A stretch of 64,000 bases of DNA, taken from assembly GCA_951406725.2 (NCBI GenBank), contig OX597816.1, positions 38,936,001-39,000,000 of the forward strand, read 5' to 3'. Positions 1 to 12,449 of this stretch are shown one piece after another; position 1 is the first letter of the stretch; each line of letters begins with the position of its first letter. Position numbers and translations under genes: made by a program. Source of the DNA: Octopus vulgaris (lineage: Eukaryota). The notes under the pieces are model-generated. The model was not told the DNA's origin, ran no database searches, and worked only from the letters and a program-made list of their open reading frames with translations.

Positions 1-127
1 AGCTACAGTAATACCCCCCCCCTGTGTGGTTAGCCATATTGAGATGGCTATTAAACTTTACATCTCTAAAAATGCTTATATAGTTATTTCCCTTACAAAC
101 CCGAGCAACGCCGGGCGATACTGCTAG
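1..127 (+). mobile_element. Non-autonomous Helitron 3' end (truncated by window edge)
   Basis: GC hairpin cccgagcaacgccggg about 8 nt before terminal CTAG followed by T. The same end occurs at ~10031-10062 and, in reverse, at ~48459-48490. Confidence 0.7.
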
Positions 128-235
128 TTATATATATAATGATAATAATATGAGGGAATATTATTCCAAACTTACAGGGAAAAATTCAATTTAGAAATAC
201 TAAATCAAATTTCACAAAATATAATATATATAAAT

Positions 236-569
236 TAGAAAAAAAACACCTTTTATCAATTCAATAATGAAAAATTAAATTATACCATTTAGAAAAATTA
301 CATATTATAGAAAGATTAAATATAAGATAAAGCATATAACGATGATTAAGTAATGTGCAAAATAATAAATAAAACATATATATTTGGTAGAATAATTTAC
401 AATGATCGTTATTCTACCAAATATATACGTTTTATTTATTATTTTGCACATTATTTAATCATCGTTATATGCTTTATCTTATATTTAATCTTTCTATAAA
501 TATATAATTTTTCTAAATGGTATAATTTAATTTTTCATTATTGACTTGCTAAAAGGTGTTTTTTTTCTA
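236..569. repeat. Long AT-rich inverted repeat (foldback), ~160-bp arms, 13-nt loop
   Basis: 236-395 is the near-perfect reverse complement of 409-569 (ttggtagaataa / ttattctaccaa at the centre). Confidence 0.9.
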
Positions 570-846
570 CCCTATTATCTCCCCTTATTTCGCTCTCGCG
601 TCTCATGTTTGATCTTTGACCTCTGGCCGAAATCAGATCGCCATGTTGATTCGTTAGCTACTGCACGCATTTTTTTTCTCTCCTTCTTTCTGTGTTTTTC
701 TCTCTCTGTGTATCTTTCTGTTGAAGAGCGTAGGCTCGAAACGTTAAAGACTTGTTTTATTTATATTTCCTGAGCGCCATACTAATACAATTGTTCGTTT
801 GTTTTCCACCTGCCTTCGTCTTTTGTTTATTTTCATAAAGCTTCCC

Positions 847-849
<3 letters not shown>
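570..849 (+). mobile_element. Penelope-like pLTR-type short element with degenerate minimal hammerhead (713-750), ending at (TA)n
   Basis: tcttt-CTGTTGA-A-GAGC-gtag-GCTC-GAAACGTT-aaaga. Diverged relatives lie at ~39660-39790 (-), ~45270-45327 (partial) and ~48840-49007 (+). Confidence 0.6.
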
Positions 850-888
<39 letters not shown>

Positions 889-889
889 T

Positions 890-1180
890 GTTGCCTATCT
901 GATGGCTGATGTCAATGTTACTTGTTGAGGCTGGTGTAGGAGGAGGAGGAGGAGGAGGAGGAGGAGATAACACACTAGATGTCGGTTGGTGATCATCAGT
1001 TGACTCCTGTTGTGATGCTGTAGATCATTGTGCAAACTTGTCTAAAGTTCCTTGAATTGTCTTTTACAAAACATTGTGCATTGGGATCCATTTCCTCAAA
1101 TAAAGCAAGACATTTATCTAAATGAGAAAAAGCGTCTTGCATTTTCTTCAATGTGAAACAACAAAGTTCGGGATCAATGA
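890..1180 (-). pseudogene. Tigger/pogo-type transposase C-terminal remnant
   Basis: Minus strand reads FTLKKMQDAFSHLDKCLALFEEMDPNAQCFVK then, frameshifted, TIQGTLDKF. This resembles the C-terminus of Tigger/TIGD transposases (F..FE..DPN.ER...K; Q.TLD.F). Confidence 0.6.
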
Positions 1181-1746
1181 TGCATACTGCATTTTAACAT
1201 TGATTTTAATATGCTATACAGATTATATGTTTCTATTGCTTTTTTTTTATTTATTTCCCAGAGATGAATATGAATATAATCAATTGATACAACTCGGAAC
1301 TAACAGTACAGTATAGTATGAATGTTATTGCTTTTTTGCCAGGTGACATAAATTGATACTGTATTTAATATTTATTTAATATTTTAGAAAGACCGATGTA
1401 TCTTTGGAAATGGCATAACCTGGAGTATATATTATCAATAATTATAACAATATAAAATATGGAGACTTGTTCATCCTTAAATTCTATTTCCTCTTATTTT
1501 ACAATTTTATACAGCATAATATTATGGTCTTTATGACCTACACATGTTTCCACTACACAGATTATGAGCAGTTGCAGATGCAGCCTGACACAATTTTCTG
1601 CGCAGCTTCTTCAGGGTCTATCCCTTTGGCTAGTTTTGAATAGCAATCATTAATGGGAAATACTGATCAATGTGGTTAGCTGTAACATCAAACTTAACTG
1701 AGAGCCACCATGGTATCCACCCAGATAACACATCACTCCACACACA

Positions 1747-1781
<35 letters not shown>

Positions 1782-1932
1782 ATATATATACATATATATA
1801 TAGATTAGAGACAGGTATTCTCTGTATAGAATACACTTTGTAGTGCTCAAAAATATTTGAACTTGAGCAGGAAGAGGAGTAAATGTAAGGACAAGTAAGT
1901 TAGGCAAGCTGATATACAAAAAATATTAAATA

Positions 1933-2166
1933 CATCATCATCATCATCATCGTTTAACGTCCGTTCTCCATGCTAGCATGGGTTGGATGGTTTGACCGGG
2001 GATCTGGGAAGCCAGAAGGATGCACCAGGCTCCGGTCTTATCTGGCAATGTTTCTACAGCTGGATGCCCTTCCTAACACCAACCACTCCGTGAGTGTAGT
2101 GGGTGCTTTTTACGTGCCACCTGCACTGGTGCTAGGCGAGGCTGGCATCTGGCACCAGTGCAGGTG
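1933..2166 (-). mobile_element. RTE-LINE 3'-end element (5'-truncated LINE or tail-sharing SINE) with (GAT)n tail
   Basis: (cat)n-cgtttaacgtccgt...gctggatgcccttcctaac, matching the 3' terminus of the RTE LINE at 27536-29538. Other copies at ~25295, 27350, 30546, 35605, 36530, 38653(+), 43775/44540, 54230(+), 62110 and 63580. Confidence 0.85.
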
Positions 2167-2191
2167 AAAATATGTACATATGTATACATAT

Positions 2192-2571
2192 AAAAAAAGT
2201 CTGACTTACACAGAATAGAAATGATATTAGGAATTAAAGGGGTTGAATAAGAGTATTAAGAGTCTAACAGCTGTTTCTGGGGACTTGGTGGTCCAAAATA
2301 ATGATTGTAACTTGATTTCATCATTGGATAACACCAGCCCCTTTTACTTTTGAGGCATTGACAGAATGGACTTTAAACTCCATTCTCTCAATGTCTCAAA
2401 AGTAAAATTCTTCCCTGATGACAGAGGCTGGTGTTATCCAATGATGGAATCAAGTTACAATCATTATTATCATTTACCAAGCCTCCCAGAAACAGCTGTT
2501 GAACTTGTAATACTCTTATTCAACCCCCTTGATTCATGATATTTCTATTCTGTTAGTCAGACTTTTTTTTT
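2192..2571 (+). mobile_element. Foldback element containing a hammerhead-like motif (2415-2500)
   Basis: 2192-2340 is inverted at ~2425-2571. CTGATGA at 2415, stem II gaggc/gcctc with a long loop, GAAACAGCTGTT at 2489-2500. Confidence 0.65.
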
Positions 2572-2577
2572 ATATGT

Positions 2578-2978
2578 ATGGCTGTGTGGTAAGTAGCTTG
2601 CTTACCAACCACATGGTTCCGGGTTCGGTCCCACTGCATGGCACCTTGGGCAAGTGTCTTCTACTATAGCCTCGGGCCGACCAAAGCCTTGTGAGTGGAT
2701 TTGGTAGACAGAAACTGAAAGAAGCCCGTCGTATATATGTATATATATATATATATGCGTATTTTTGTGTGTTGTGTTTGTCCTCCCCCCCCCAACATCG
2801 CTTGACAACCGATGCTGGTGTGTTTATGTCCCCGTTGCTTAGCGGTTCGGCAAAAGAGACCGATAGAATAAGTACTAGGCTTACAAAAAATAAGTCCTGG
2901 GGTCGATTTGCTCGACTAAAGGCGGTGCTCCAGCATGGTCACAGTCACATGACTGAAACAAGTAAAAGAGTAAAAGAG
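2578..2978 (+). mobile_element. tRNA-derived SINE, ~410 bp (octopus OK-like family)
   Basis: Head tggctgtgtggtaag...ggttcggtcc (A/B boxes), ccttgggcaag core, internal (TA)n, tail gactgaaacaagtaaaagag. Many near-identical copies in the window. Confidence 0.9.
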
Positions 2979-3072
2979 ATATGTACATTTTTTTGTATTA
3001 AATGTATTTAATATTTTGTTTTGTATATCAACTCACCTAACTTGCTTGTCCTTACATTTACTCCTATATATA

Positions 3073-3840
3073 CAGAGTGGGGAAGAGAGGACGGACGTTT
3101 TTGAAATGGCTATTACTCAGCCCCAGGGGGAGGGACATATGTGCAACAGTTACCATTGAGTCTGTGGTGTCTTTGCATTTTTTTTACTTTTTTACTTTTC
3201 AGGTGAAGCCATGGCGCTGTGAACGATAGAGCATCATGTGTTTGCCTATGATAGTTATGTGAAGAATAACGAGTCTGTCACAGTAGTTCAGCATGAGTTT
3301 TGGTGCTACTTCAACATTCACCGAAATCAGGCTGTTCCCACTCATAACACAATCTTACGTTGGGTAAATGCTTTCATATACAAGGTACGCTAATGAATAG
3401 GAGACCAGTGAGGGTGCCACGAACAGTACAGACCCCAGAAAATGTGGAACACATCAGACAAGCTTTGATATGGAGTGTAAATCACTCTGCTTGGAGGTAT
3501 TTCACTGAACTTAGCATTGGTAATCAATCAGTAAGGTGTATTTTGCATGAAGATCTGCTTTTCCACCTATACAAATTGGTCACTGGGCAACAGTTGAAAT
3601 CATGGGACTCTGCACAGAACAATGTGCAGAGGTCAATTTCCAAGAACAGAGCAGAGGTCAATTTCCAAGAACACCTTCAGAAATGCATCAAGGAAAACGG
3701 ACACCAGATGGTGGATATTGTTTTCCACGCTTAATTCTGACTAATGCTAATTCAATACAAACACATTAATGTCAATAAAATTTGTTTGCAGTTAAAATTA
3801 ATGATTTTGTAACGTTTTCAAAAACGTCTGTCCTCTCTGC
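3073..3840 (+). mobile_element. Internally deleted Tc1/mariner-superfamily transposon (DUF4817-type N-terminal HTH)
   Basis: TIRs agagaggacggacgtttttgaaa / tttcaaaaacgtctgtcctctct. Encodes EHHVFAYDSYVKNNES..PTHNTILRWVN..PRTVQTPENVEHIRQA..SVRCILHEDLLFHLYKL joined directly to a C-terminal NFQEHLQKCIKENGH; the catalytic domain is missing. Confidence 0.8.
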
Positions 3841-3844
3841 ATAT

Positions 3845-3866
3845 ATTATGTGTGTGTGTGTATATA

Positions 3867-3924
<58 letters not shown>

Positions 3925-3987
3925 ACACAAATTTATATATTTATACACTTATATATATATATATATATATTTATACATATATAAATG

Positions 3988-4032
<45 letters not shown>

Positions 4033-4347
4033 GCTAAAATGTCACATTCAATCACAGCACCAGTAACAGTTAAGCTTCGTGCAATGGCCATACTCGATAA
4101 TGAGGGGGCAGCCATAATATATATATATTTGTACATATGTATATATATTTATACATATGTATATATAAATATATATACATATATGTATATATATATATAC
4201 ATATATGTATATATATATATACATTTATAAGTATATACATATGCATACACACATATATATACATACATATATACATATACATATACATGCATGCATGCAT
4301 GCATACATACATACATACATACATACATACATACATACATACATACA

Positions 4348-4383
<36 letters not shown>

Positions 4384-4390
4384 TATGTAT
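3845..4390. repeat. Compound (TA)n/(TACA)n microsatellite
   Basis: Directly visible; source of the YI/HTYI/MYVC ORFs. Confidence 0.95.
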
Positions 4391-4580
4391 TGTTGGCGAT
4401 TTTCTTTCTCCGTCTTCCCTTCTTTGGACTTTATCTTCTTTTCAATATTTCTGATGAAGAGCTCTGCTCGAAATGTGAAATCCTCCTTCTTTCTTTTCTT
4501 TCCAGAGCGTCCAATAACACTATACTTATTCCTCGTCCTCGTGTTGTTGTGTTTTCTCTTTGTGTCTTCATGTTTAGATC

Positions 4581-4584
<4 letters not shown>
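4390..4584 (+). mobile_element. ~200-bp hammerhead-bearing element embedded in (TA)n
   Basis: attt-CTGATGA-A-GAGC-tct-GCTC-GAAATGTG-aaat (4447-4481). Same family in reverse at 50707-50910 and 56539-56756. Confidence 0.7.
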
Positions 4585-4650
<66 letters not shown>

Positions 4651-5374
4651 TAATGTTTTACTCAGGCATAGTACTACTAATACCCTGTTATTAGAACTCA
4701 GTATACATATGCTTTGAAATATAGCATCAATTGAGTACAGAGTGTATATCTATATATCTATATTCTGTCTACCAAATTCACTTACAAGGCTTTGGTTGGC
4801 CCAGGGCTATAGGAAAAGACATTTACCCAAAGTGCCATGTATAGGCATCATTCCTGCACCTATAATTTATACTAGAAATTCTATTCATCTTTACTGAAGC
4901 CTATAATATAATTTCAATTTTAATAAAAAAAACATCTCTGAAATCTGTAATCTGCTTTCTCATATCACTGTTGTTCTATGTACCATTGCCCTTTAACTAC
5001 TTGATAACCATAGATACTGAAGGGCTAATTTATACACTCTTTATTGATAAACCTAAATATCAGAACACAGTTGATATTTTCACTGGAGAGTAGAACTGTT
5101 AATATAAGGATGAATCAGAGATAAATACTTTAATCAGATGGCAGTAATAACCTATAGAACAAATCAGCATCACCAATGAAAGTATAAAGGAGTGAACATG
5201 ATACATATGGACAATGACAATTTGCAATATTAGCTTCTGCTAGCCCCCTCCCTTGTTCTTATTCTCTGTGACAAAACTCCTTGCTTCACAATCACAATGT
5301 TCTCTGTAAAACTATGGATTCAGTAATAAAATATAAAACCTTCAGACATTTAGCAAGCTATAGTTCTCCAGTAT

Positions 5375-5727
5375 AGGTGCAGGAGTGGCTGTGTGGAAAG
5401 TAGCTTGTTTACCAACCACATGGTTCCGGGTTCAGTCCCACTGCATGGCACCTTGGGCAAGTGTCTTCTACTATAGCCTCGGGCCAACCAAAGCCTTGTG
5501 TGTGGATTTGGTAGGCAGAAACTGAAAGAAGTCTGTCGTATATATGTATATATATATATATATGTATGTGTGTCTGTGTTTGTCCCCACAACATTGCTTG
5601 ACAACCGATGGTGGTGTGTTTACATCCCCGTAACTGAGCGGTTCGGCAAAAGAGACCGATAGAATAAGTACTAGGCTTACAAAGAATAAGTCCTGGGGTC
5701 AATTTGCTGGAAACAAGTAAAAGAGAG
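5375..5727 (+). mobile_element. OK-like tRNA SINE (deletion in tail)
   Basis: Matches the 2578 and 7391 copies. Confidence 0.9.
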
Positions 5728-6411
5728 TACTAATGTCATTTCTAAATTTCATACAATCTATGGACACCAAACTTATGTTGTGTATGTTTATATACTTGAT
5801 GTAGTTAATACAAGAAGTTATGAATAATTAAATATTTTTCTAATTTGCCTATCTTTCTAATTTTGGCACAAGGTCAACAATTTTAAGGGGAAAGGTAAAG
5901 TTGATTATGCTGTTCTCCCTACCCCTTTACTTGGCAGTTAATTATTTTATTAACCCCTAGAAGGATGAAAGGCAAGTTTGACTTCAAGAGAATTTGAACT
6001 CGGAGCTTAATGAGTCAGGAAAATACTGTAAAGCATTTTTATAATGCTCTAACAGTTCTGCCTTTTAAATTAATTAAATTTCAAATGCAGAAATGCATGA
6101 ATCTGATCTTTAGCAATTTAGATAACTGAGTACATGTTTTCATATTATTAAACCTCATCAGCAAACCTGAGAGAACATGTTTCAATGGCCAGAAACATGT
6201 TGAAATATGTAAAATTGAGCTGTTTTTTGTAATAAATACAACTAAAACAAAATTTTTTTCATGGACATCTCAATAATACTATGGATCCCCAATTTACTAT
6301 TTTGCTTCCATAAACTCCCAAAAATCTTATATTGACCCTCAGGGGTCACATGGACCATAGCTAAAAAAAATTGTTTTTGGAAGTTATGAAATAACATCTT
6401 AAATGATATAC

Positions 6412-6760
6412 AGTTTACATTATTTACATTATTTACATTTGACAGATAGTTGTCCTCATCTTGTTTGTTGTTAACACAACGTTTTGGCTGATATACTCTC
6501 CAGCCTTCATCAGGTGTCTTGGGAAAATTTTGAACCTGGGTTCTCATTCCTAAGGTATTTCTCGATATTATTATTATTATTATTATTATTGTTGTTGTTG
6601 TTGGTGTTGTTGTTATTATTATTATTCAAGTCACTGCCTGGAATTGAACTCAGAATCTTGGGGTTAGTAGCCCGCGCTCTTAACCACTACACCAAATATC
6701 CGTCAAATGTAAATAATGTAAATAAGTACATAATTCCTCATCTCTTAAATATAGAATTAT
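6412..6760 (-). mobile_element. Hammerhead-bearing element with short inverted ends
   Basis: Minus strand 6517-6474: acac-CTGATGA-A-GGCTG-loop-CAGCC-aAAACGTT-gtgt. ttatttacattatttacatttgac (~6420) is inverted at ~6702-6725. Confidence 0.65.
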
Positions 6761-6770
6761 ATGCAGTTTA

Positions 6771-6812
<42 letters not shown>

Positions 6813-7390
6813 TACAGATACTTTTTTAACACCAACAGTTACAAATTTATATATTTTATAATTGAATGCAAGTATGAAATTACTAAGTTTTGTATAAACA
6901 AAAGGATCAAAGATAAAAAAAAAATGCATGTGGTGTTACTGCTCTCTGTTTTGCTATTGGTGCCATCTGTTGATTAACTATATTGTCAGAATAATATAAT
7001 GAGGTTGCAATCAACTTGATGTCAATAGGTACAAAATGCAACAATTATCGCATGAATAGCTTAGAATTAGACAGATGATTAAAAATTTGATCATAGATAT
7101 CATTTTCAATCTACATATTCTCTGTTGAAGGAAAGATTTCATGTCTGCTGTCACCATCATTATCGTCATCGTCATCATTTTAATGTTCACTTTCTCCATG
7201 CTTGTATGGATCAGACAGAATTTGTTGAGGCAGATTTTTCTATATCCAGACACTCTTCTCATCACCAACCCTCATCTGTTTCCAAACAAGGTAATTCTCC
7301 CCCCCCCCATGACCAGACATGTTTTCACAAATGGAAGTGAAAGACATTTCTTGCTAGATGGTGGTACTCATTTATAACTATTACACAATA

Positions 7391-7797
7391 GGCGCAGGAG
7401 TGGCTGTTTGGTAAGTAGCTTGCTAACCAACCACATGGTTCCGGGTTCAGTCCCACTGCGTGGCATCTTGGGCAAGTGTCTTCTGCTATAGCCTCGGGCC
7501 GACCAAAGCCTTGTGAGTGGATTTGGTAGACGGAAACTGAAAGAAACCTGTCATATATATGTATATATATATAAGCGTGTGTATATGTTTGTGTGTCTGT
7601 GTTTGTCCCTCTAGCATTGCTTGACAACCGATGCTGGTGTGTTTACGTCCCCGTCACTTAGCGGTCCGGCAAAAGAGCCCGATAGAATAAGTACTGGGCT
7701 TACAAAGAATAAGTCCCGGGGTCGATTTGCTCGACTAAAGGCGGTGCTCCAGCATGGCCGCAGTCAAATGACTGAAACAAGTAAAAGAGTAAAGAGT
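7391..7797 (+). mobile_element. OK-like tRNA SINE, full length
   Basis: ggcgcaggagtggctg ... aagtaaaagagtaaagag. Confidence 0.9.
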
Positions 7798-8420
7798 AAT
7801 GTCATGGCAGGGAGATAATCTCTCTCACACACATATGCATGCATGCATCCATCCATCCATACACAAATACATACATACATACAGACAGACAGAAAATTAA
7901 TCTGGTCAGGTACACGTATGGCTGTGTGGTTATGACACTCAGATTGTATTGGCACGGGCTGGAGTTGGCAAGGATTTATCTCCCCATTGGCGATATAAGC
8001 AAGCATGCATTTTGCACCAAAAACCAATATGAGGGTTTCTCTCAAGTTATCTACTGCAGTATAGTTTGTTCTAACAGAACATCTATGTTTAAGTGGGAAA
8101 AAATATTACCTCTCGGTTTTAAACTGCCTCTGTCGCTAACATATATTTTTTTAACAAGCTCCTTGATAGTGGAATGAGTCACTACAAACTATAGCGTTTG
8201 AGTGTCCATTATCGATGAGACCAGAGAAGGTCAAAATCACATGATCTGGTGATCTCAGTGTTAGAGTTGGTGAGGATTTATCTCCCTGCTAGCAATATAA
8301 ACAAGCATGCATCTTGCACTAAAAGCCTAAATGAGAGTTTTTCTCATGTTATTTACCACAGTAAAGTTTTTTTCTAACAGCACATCCATGTTTAAGTGGG
8401 AATAAATACCACTAAAGGGG

Positions 8421-8804
8421 AGGAAGCACTCCGTCGGTTACGACGACGAGGGTTCCGGTTGATCCGACCAACGGAGCAGCCTGCTCGTGAAATTAACGTG
8501 TAAGTGGCTGAGCACTCCACAGACACGTGTACCTTTAACATAGTTCTCGGGGATATTCAGCGTGACACAGAGTGTGACAAGGCTGGCCCTTTGAAATACA
8601 GGTACAACAGAAACAGGAAGTAAGAGTGAGAGAAAGTTGTGGTGAAAGAGTACAGCAGGGATCACCGCCATCCCCTGCCGGAGCCTCGTGGAGCTTTAGG
8701 TGTTTTCGCTCAATAAACGCTCACAACACCCGGTCTGGGAATCGAAACCGCGATCCTATGACCGCGAGTCCGCTACCCTAACCACTAGGCCATTGTGCCT
8801 CCAC
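8421..8804 (-). mobile_element. tRNA-derived SINE, long-tail type (OR1-like), 13-bp TSD
   Basis: Minus-strand head gtggaggcacaatggcctagtggttaggg...ggtttcgattccc. TSD ataaataccacta at 8402-8414 and 8805-8817. Confidence 0.9.
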
Positions 8805-9190
8805 ATAAATACCACTACTACTCGGAGGAAACAGTAGTTTCTGAACTCAAACAAATTACCGAAAAATGTGTCTCCGTGGATGAAAGATAAGAGAACTGCC
8901 CAAAGAAATCAATTTGCTACAAATCATAAAAGTTTTAGAACCAATTGCAATTATGTCATTTTGTGTCTGTAAAAACTTCATGTCCAACTAGTTTGAACTT
9001 GCTACAGCTGAGCTGATCAGCTGATCACAAACAAATGAGAGTTTTCTGCAAGCAGACAGCAACAGACAAGGACATTTGTAATGTCCAAACACAGATTTTG
9101 TAGAACTGGCAGACAGAAAGATATAAACTCACCATTTGTGCTTATAATCTTAGAATTACATCAGCATCAGCATCAGCATTATAATTACAT

Positions 9191-9598
9191 AGACGCAGGA
9201 GTGGCTGTGTGGTAAGTAGCTTGTCTACAAACCACATGGTTCCAGGTTCAGTCCCACTGCGTGGCACCTTGGGTAAGTGTCTTCTACTATAGCCTCGGGC
9301 CGACCAATGCCTTGTGAGTGGATTTGGTAGACGGAAACTGAAAGAAGCCCGTTGTATATATGTATATATATATATGCGTGTGTGTGTTTGTGTGTCTGTG
9401 TTTGTCCCCTAGCATTGCTTGACAACCGATGCTGGTGTGTTTATGTCCCCGTTGCTTAGCGGTTCGGCAAAAGAGACCGATAGAATAAGTACTGGGCTTA
9501 CAAAAGAATAAGTCCCGGGGTCGAGTTGCTCGACTAAAGGTGGTGCTCCAGCATGGCCGCAGTCAAATGACTGAAACAAGTAAAAGAGTAAAAGAGAG
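9191..9598 (+). mobile_element. OK-like tRNA SINE, full length
   Basis: Matches other copies end to end. Confidence 0.9.
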
Positions 9599-9754
9599 TA
9601 TCAACAAATAGTTTGAATGGAATATGAATGCTGACAAACTTGTTGGAATTTATATTTCAATTAAAAAATTATACACAGTAATAAATTACATGTCAATTAC
9701 AAGCATTTTAAATCTAAGTAGTACATAACTGGTACATATTTAGAAGTATTGTTT

Positions 9755-10062
9755 TCAATGTAGCTGCAACGAAGCCACAAATTTTTTAAAATTTGTAGCT
9801 GCAACGAAGCTAAAAGATAAAATTCAAATCGGACCATGTTAACACCAAAAATTATTTACATCAAAAAGGTGCTTTTTTTCTATGAAAATCTTTATTTTTA
9901 CGATTTTTTGACTGCTGTGTCGCCATTTTTCAGTGTATTTCAACAAAAAAAATGTTCTCTTAAAGAGAATAACAAGCAACATAATGCAAAATTTTTACTT
10001 TTCAAAAATTCCAATTCTAAAGGGTTGAAACAAACCCGAGCAACGCCAGGCGATACTGCTAG
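9755..10062 (+). mobile_element. Non-autonomous Helitron (3' part)
   Basis: Ends acaaacccgagcaacgccaggcgatactgCTAG-t, as at 96-128. The 5' limit is uncertain. Confidence 0.65.
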
Positions 10063-10921
10063 TGTTTGATATTTTCATACAATTTTTAAAAATTAAATTT
10101 TCCAGTTGCAAATGAATTAAGTTTTACTTACAGAAAAATTAATTTACTAGTGTTGGCCAATTTTGACCAAGTTCTATCAATTGTATTGGCTAAATAAAAT
10201 ACAATAACACAGACTTAACAACACAGAAAAAGGTTGCATACAAAAACATTTTTCAAACATAGTTGATTTTGATCAGTCATGGGCAAACTATGGCCTGTGA
10301 AATTTCTGAATGACAAGCCTAATATAAAAAAATAACCTTGAATTTTTTTTACTAGAGTATGACTAGTATACTAGTGTGTGACTAGTAACCTATGACAAGC
10401 ATTGTCTCATACTGCCTACTTTTCAAAAAAGGATGCCCATACCTGATTTAGATCAAAATGATTTAACAGAAAAAGTTCAGAGAGCAGATACAATAATCCT
10501 TTCTGAGCTAAAATGTTTACATTCTTTCTAAAAAAAACTATAACATTTGACATTAATGTTACTGATTAACTGGGCATAACGACACAAGTGTTCTCTCTCC
10601 CATTCATTCTGCACTTATACCAATTAACTGTATATAGTCATTTTATTTGTTTAGAAAGTTGTTATTTATGACTAAACTTGAGCCTACAATTGTATTGTAA
10701 GGAAAAAAAAATTTATCAATGGATATCACCGAAGGACATGGAATTATTAGTATAGGACAAAATGCCTTGCAGTATTTGTACCTTCTAAGTTCAAATCTGG
10801 CTAAATCAAATTTGCTTTTCATCCTTTCAAGGTAAATAAAATAAAGTACCTATCAAGTACTGGGGTTGATCCAAACGACCAACCATCCTACTAACAATTT
10901 ACGGCTTTGTGCCTGTATTAA

Positions 10922-11142
10922 CCCTTTTGTTACCAGCCCGGCTGAAACCGGCTGTGGCTCTGTAGTACAAATGTCTTGTTTTCATAAGTTTTGAATTAAA
11001 ATCTTCCATCAAACCTTAGTCCCAATTTATGTTCCCACCACTAGCTTAATGATGACTAAGTTATTTTACTAAATTCTTTGTTATATTTAAAATAATTGAA
11101 AGAGACACAGAGCATCCCAAAATAAATACGGTAACGAAAGGG
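10922..11142. mobile_element. piggyBac-type MITE (221 bp) with TTAA TSD
   Basis: TTAA-CCCTTTTGTTACC ... GGTAACGAAAGGG-TTAA, inserted in the tail of an old SINE. Copies at 20785 and 58204. Confidence 0.9.
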
Positions 11143-11619
11143 TTAAAGACAACACTTCTAAGTATGTACTGATTGTTTAGTATTTACAGTTAAAAATACA
11201 TGTAATCAATATGTCATTTGTTCAAGTGTGTACCTTCTTTACGGAAATATGAATGCTGACAAGTTTGTAGGCATTCATATCCCATTCAAGTTGTTTGTTT
11301 TTTGCTTATGTAATTATAAATGCCAGCAGTGAATGTCAGTTTTCCAGACAATAAACAATTTTAAATAAGTGTAGACTTGGCCATGTGGTATGAAGTTTGC
11401 TTCCTAATCACATGGTCCTGGATCCAGTCCCACTGTGTGTGCCTTTCTATAATATCCCCAAGCTGATCAAAGCTTTGTGAGTGGATTTGATAGGGGGAAC
11501 TGAAAGAAACTTGCTGTGGGCACGTGCACACGTGTGTGCGTGAATGTGTGTGTGTGTATGTATGTGTGTGTGTGTGCGTGTTTGTTTGTGTCTCCATGTC
11601 TTGACATTCTCTTATTTTT

Positions 11620-12022
11620 TTACTCTTTTACTTGTTTCAGTCATTTGACTGTGGCTATGCTGGAGCACAACCTTTAGTCAAGCTAATCGACCCCAGGACT
11701 TATTCTTTGTAAGCCTAGTACTTATTCTATTGGTCTCTTTTGCTGAACTGCTAAGTTATGGGGATGTAAACACACCAGCATCAGTTGTCAAGCAATGTTT
11801 GGGAGACAAACACAGACACACAAACATACACACACACACACATATATATACATATATACGATGGGCTTCTTTCAGTTTCCATCTACCAAATCCACTCACA
11901 AGGCTTTGGTTGGCCCAAGGCTATAGTAGAAGACACTTGCCCAAGGTGCCACACAGTGGGACTGAACCAGGAACCATGTTGTTGGTAAGCAAGCTACTTA
12001 CCACACAGCCACTCCTACGCCT
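11620..12022 (-). mobile_element. OK-like tRNA SINE
   Basis: Reverse complement of the 7391 copy. Confidence 0.9.
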
Positions 12023-12449
12023 GCGTAACAGTCGTTAAATGATTGTCAACTGTCATAGCAGCAGTGCCATTCATTTCCAATATTCTACAAGAACATGTCT
12101 AGCTATGGAGAATTATTATCTTGCTTGGAAACAGCTAACGGTTGGTGACAGCAAAAGCATTCAGCTGTAGAATATCTGCTTCAGTAAACTCCAACCAACC
12201 CATGCAAGTATGGAAGAGTGGACATTAAAATAATGATGATGAATGATGAATAAGTCCTTAAATATTTTTAAAAATATTTTTATGTATGAAAATCCCTCAT
12301 AGTGTGTACAATTGGAAGAGGCACATACCTGAAACTTATGTGATAAAAGTAGATATTAATTACAACCATGGTTTTCTGTGGTAATCATCATATACTTTTG
12401 ATTACATCATAGCATACATGGCTGGTTAGAATCTGACACAAGGAGGAAT

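Noticed and set aside
1540-1740. Coding-looking unique segment (minus LAKGIDPEEAAQKIVSGC)
   Set aside because: Short, bounded by stops, no recognisable family or splice sites.
2602-3011. Recurrent ORFs ...QIHSQGFGRPEAIVEDTCPRCHAVG... and MTTDAGVFTSP... resembling a gene family
   Set aside because: Translations of non-coding OK-like SINE copies; no conserved frame or splice structure.
3782-4717. Long ORFs rich in YI/HTYI/MYVC (also 25873-27149, 37244-37775, 43222, 45433, 61076)
   Set aside because: Translations of (TA)n, (CA)n and (TACA)n microsatellites.
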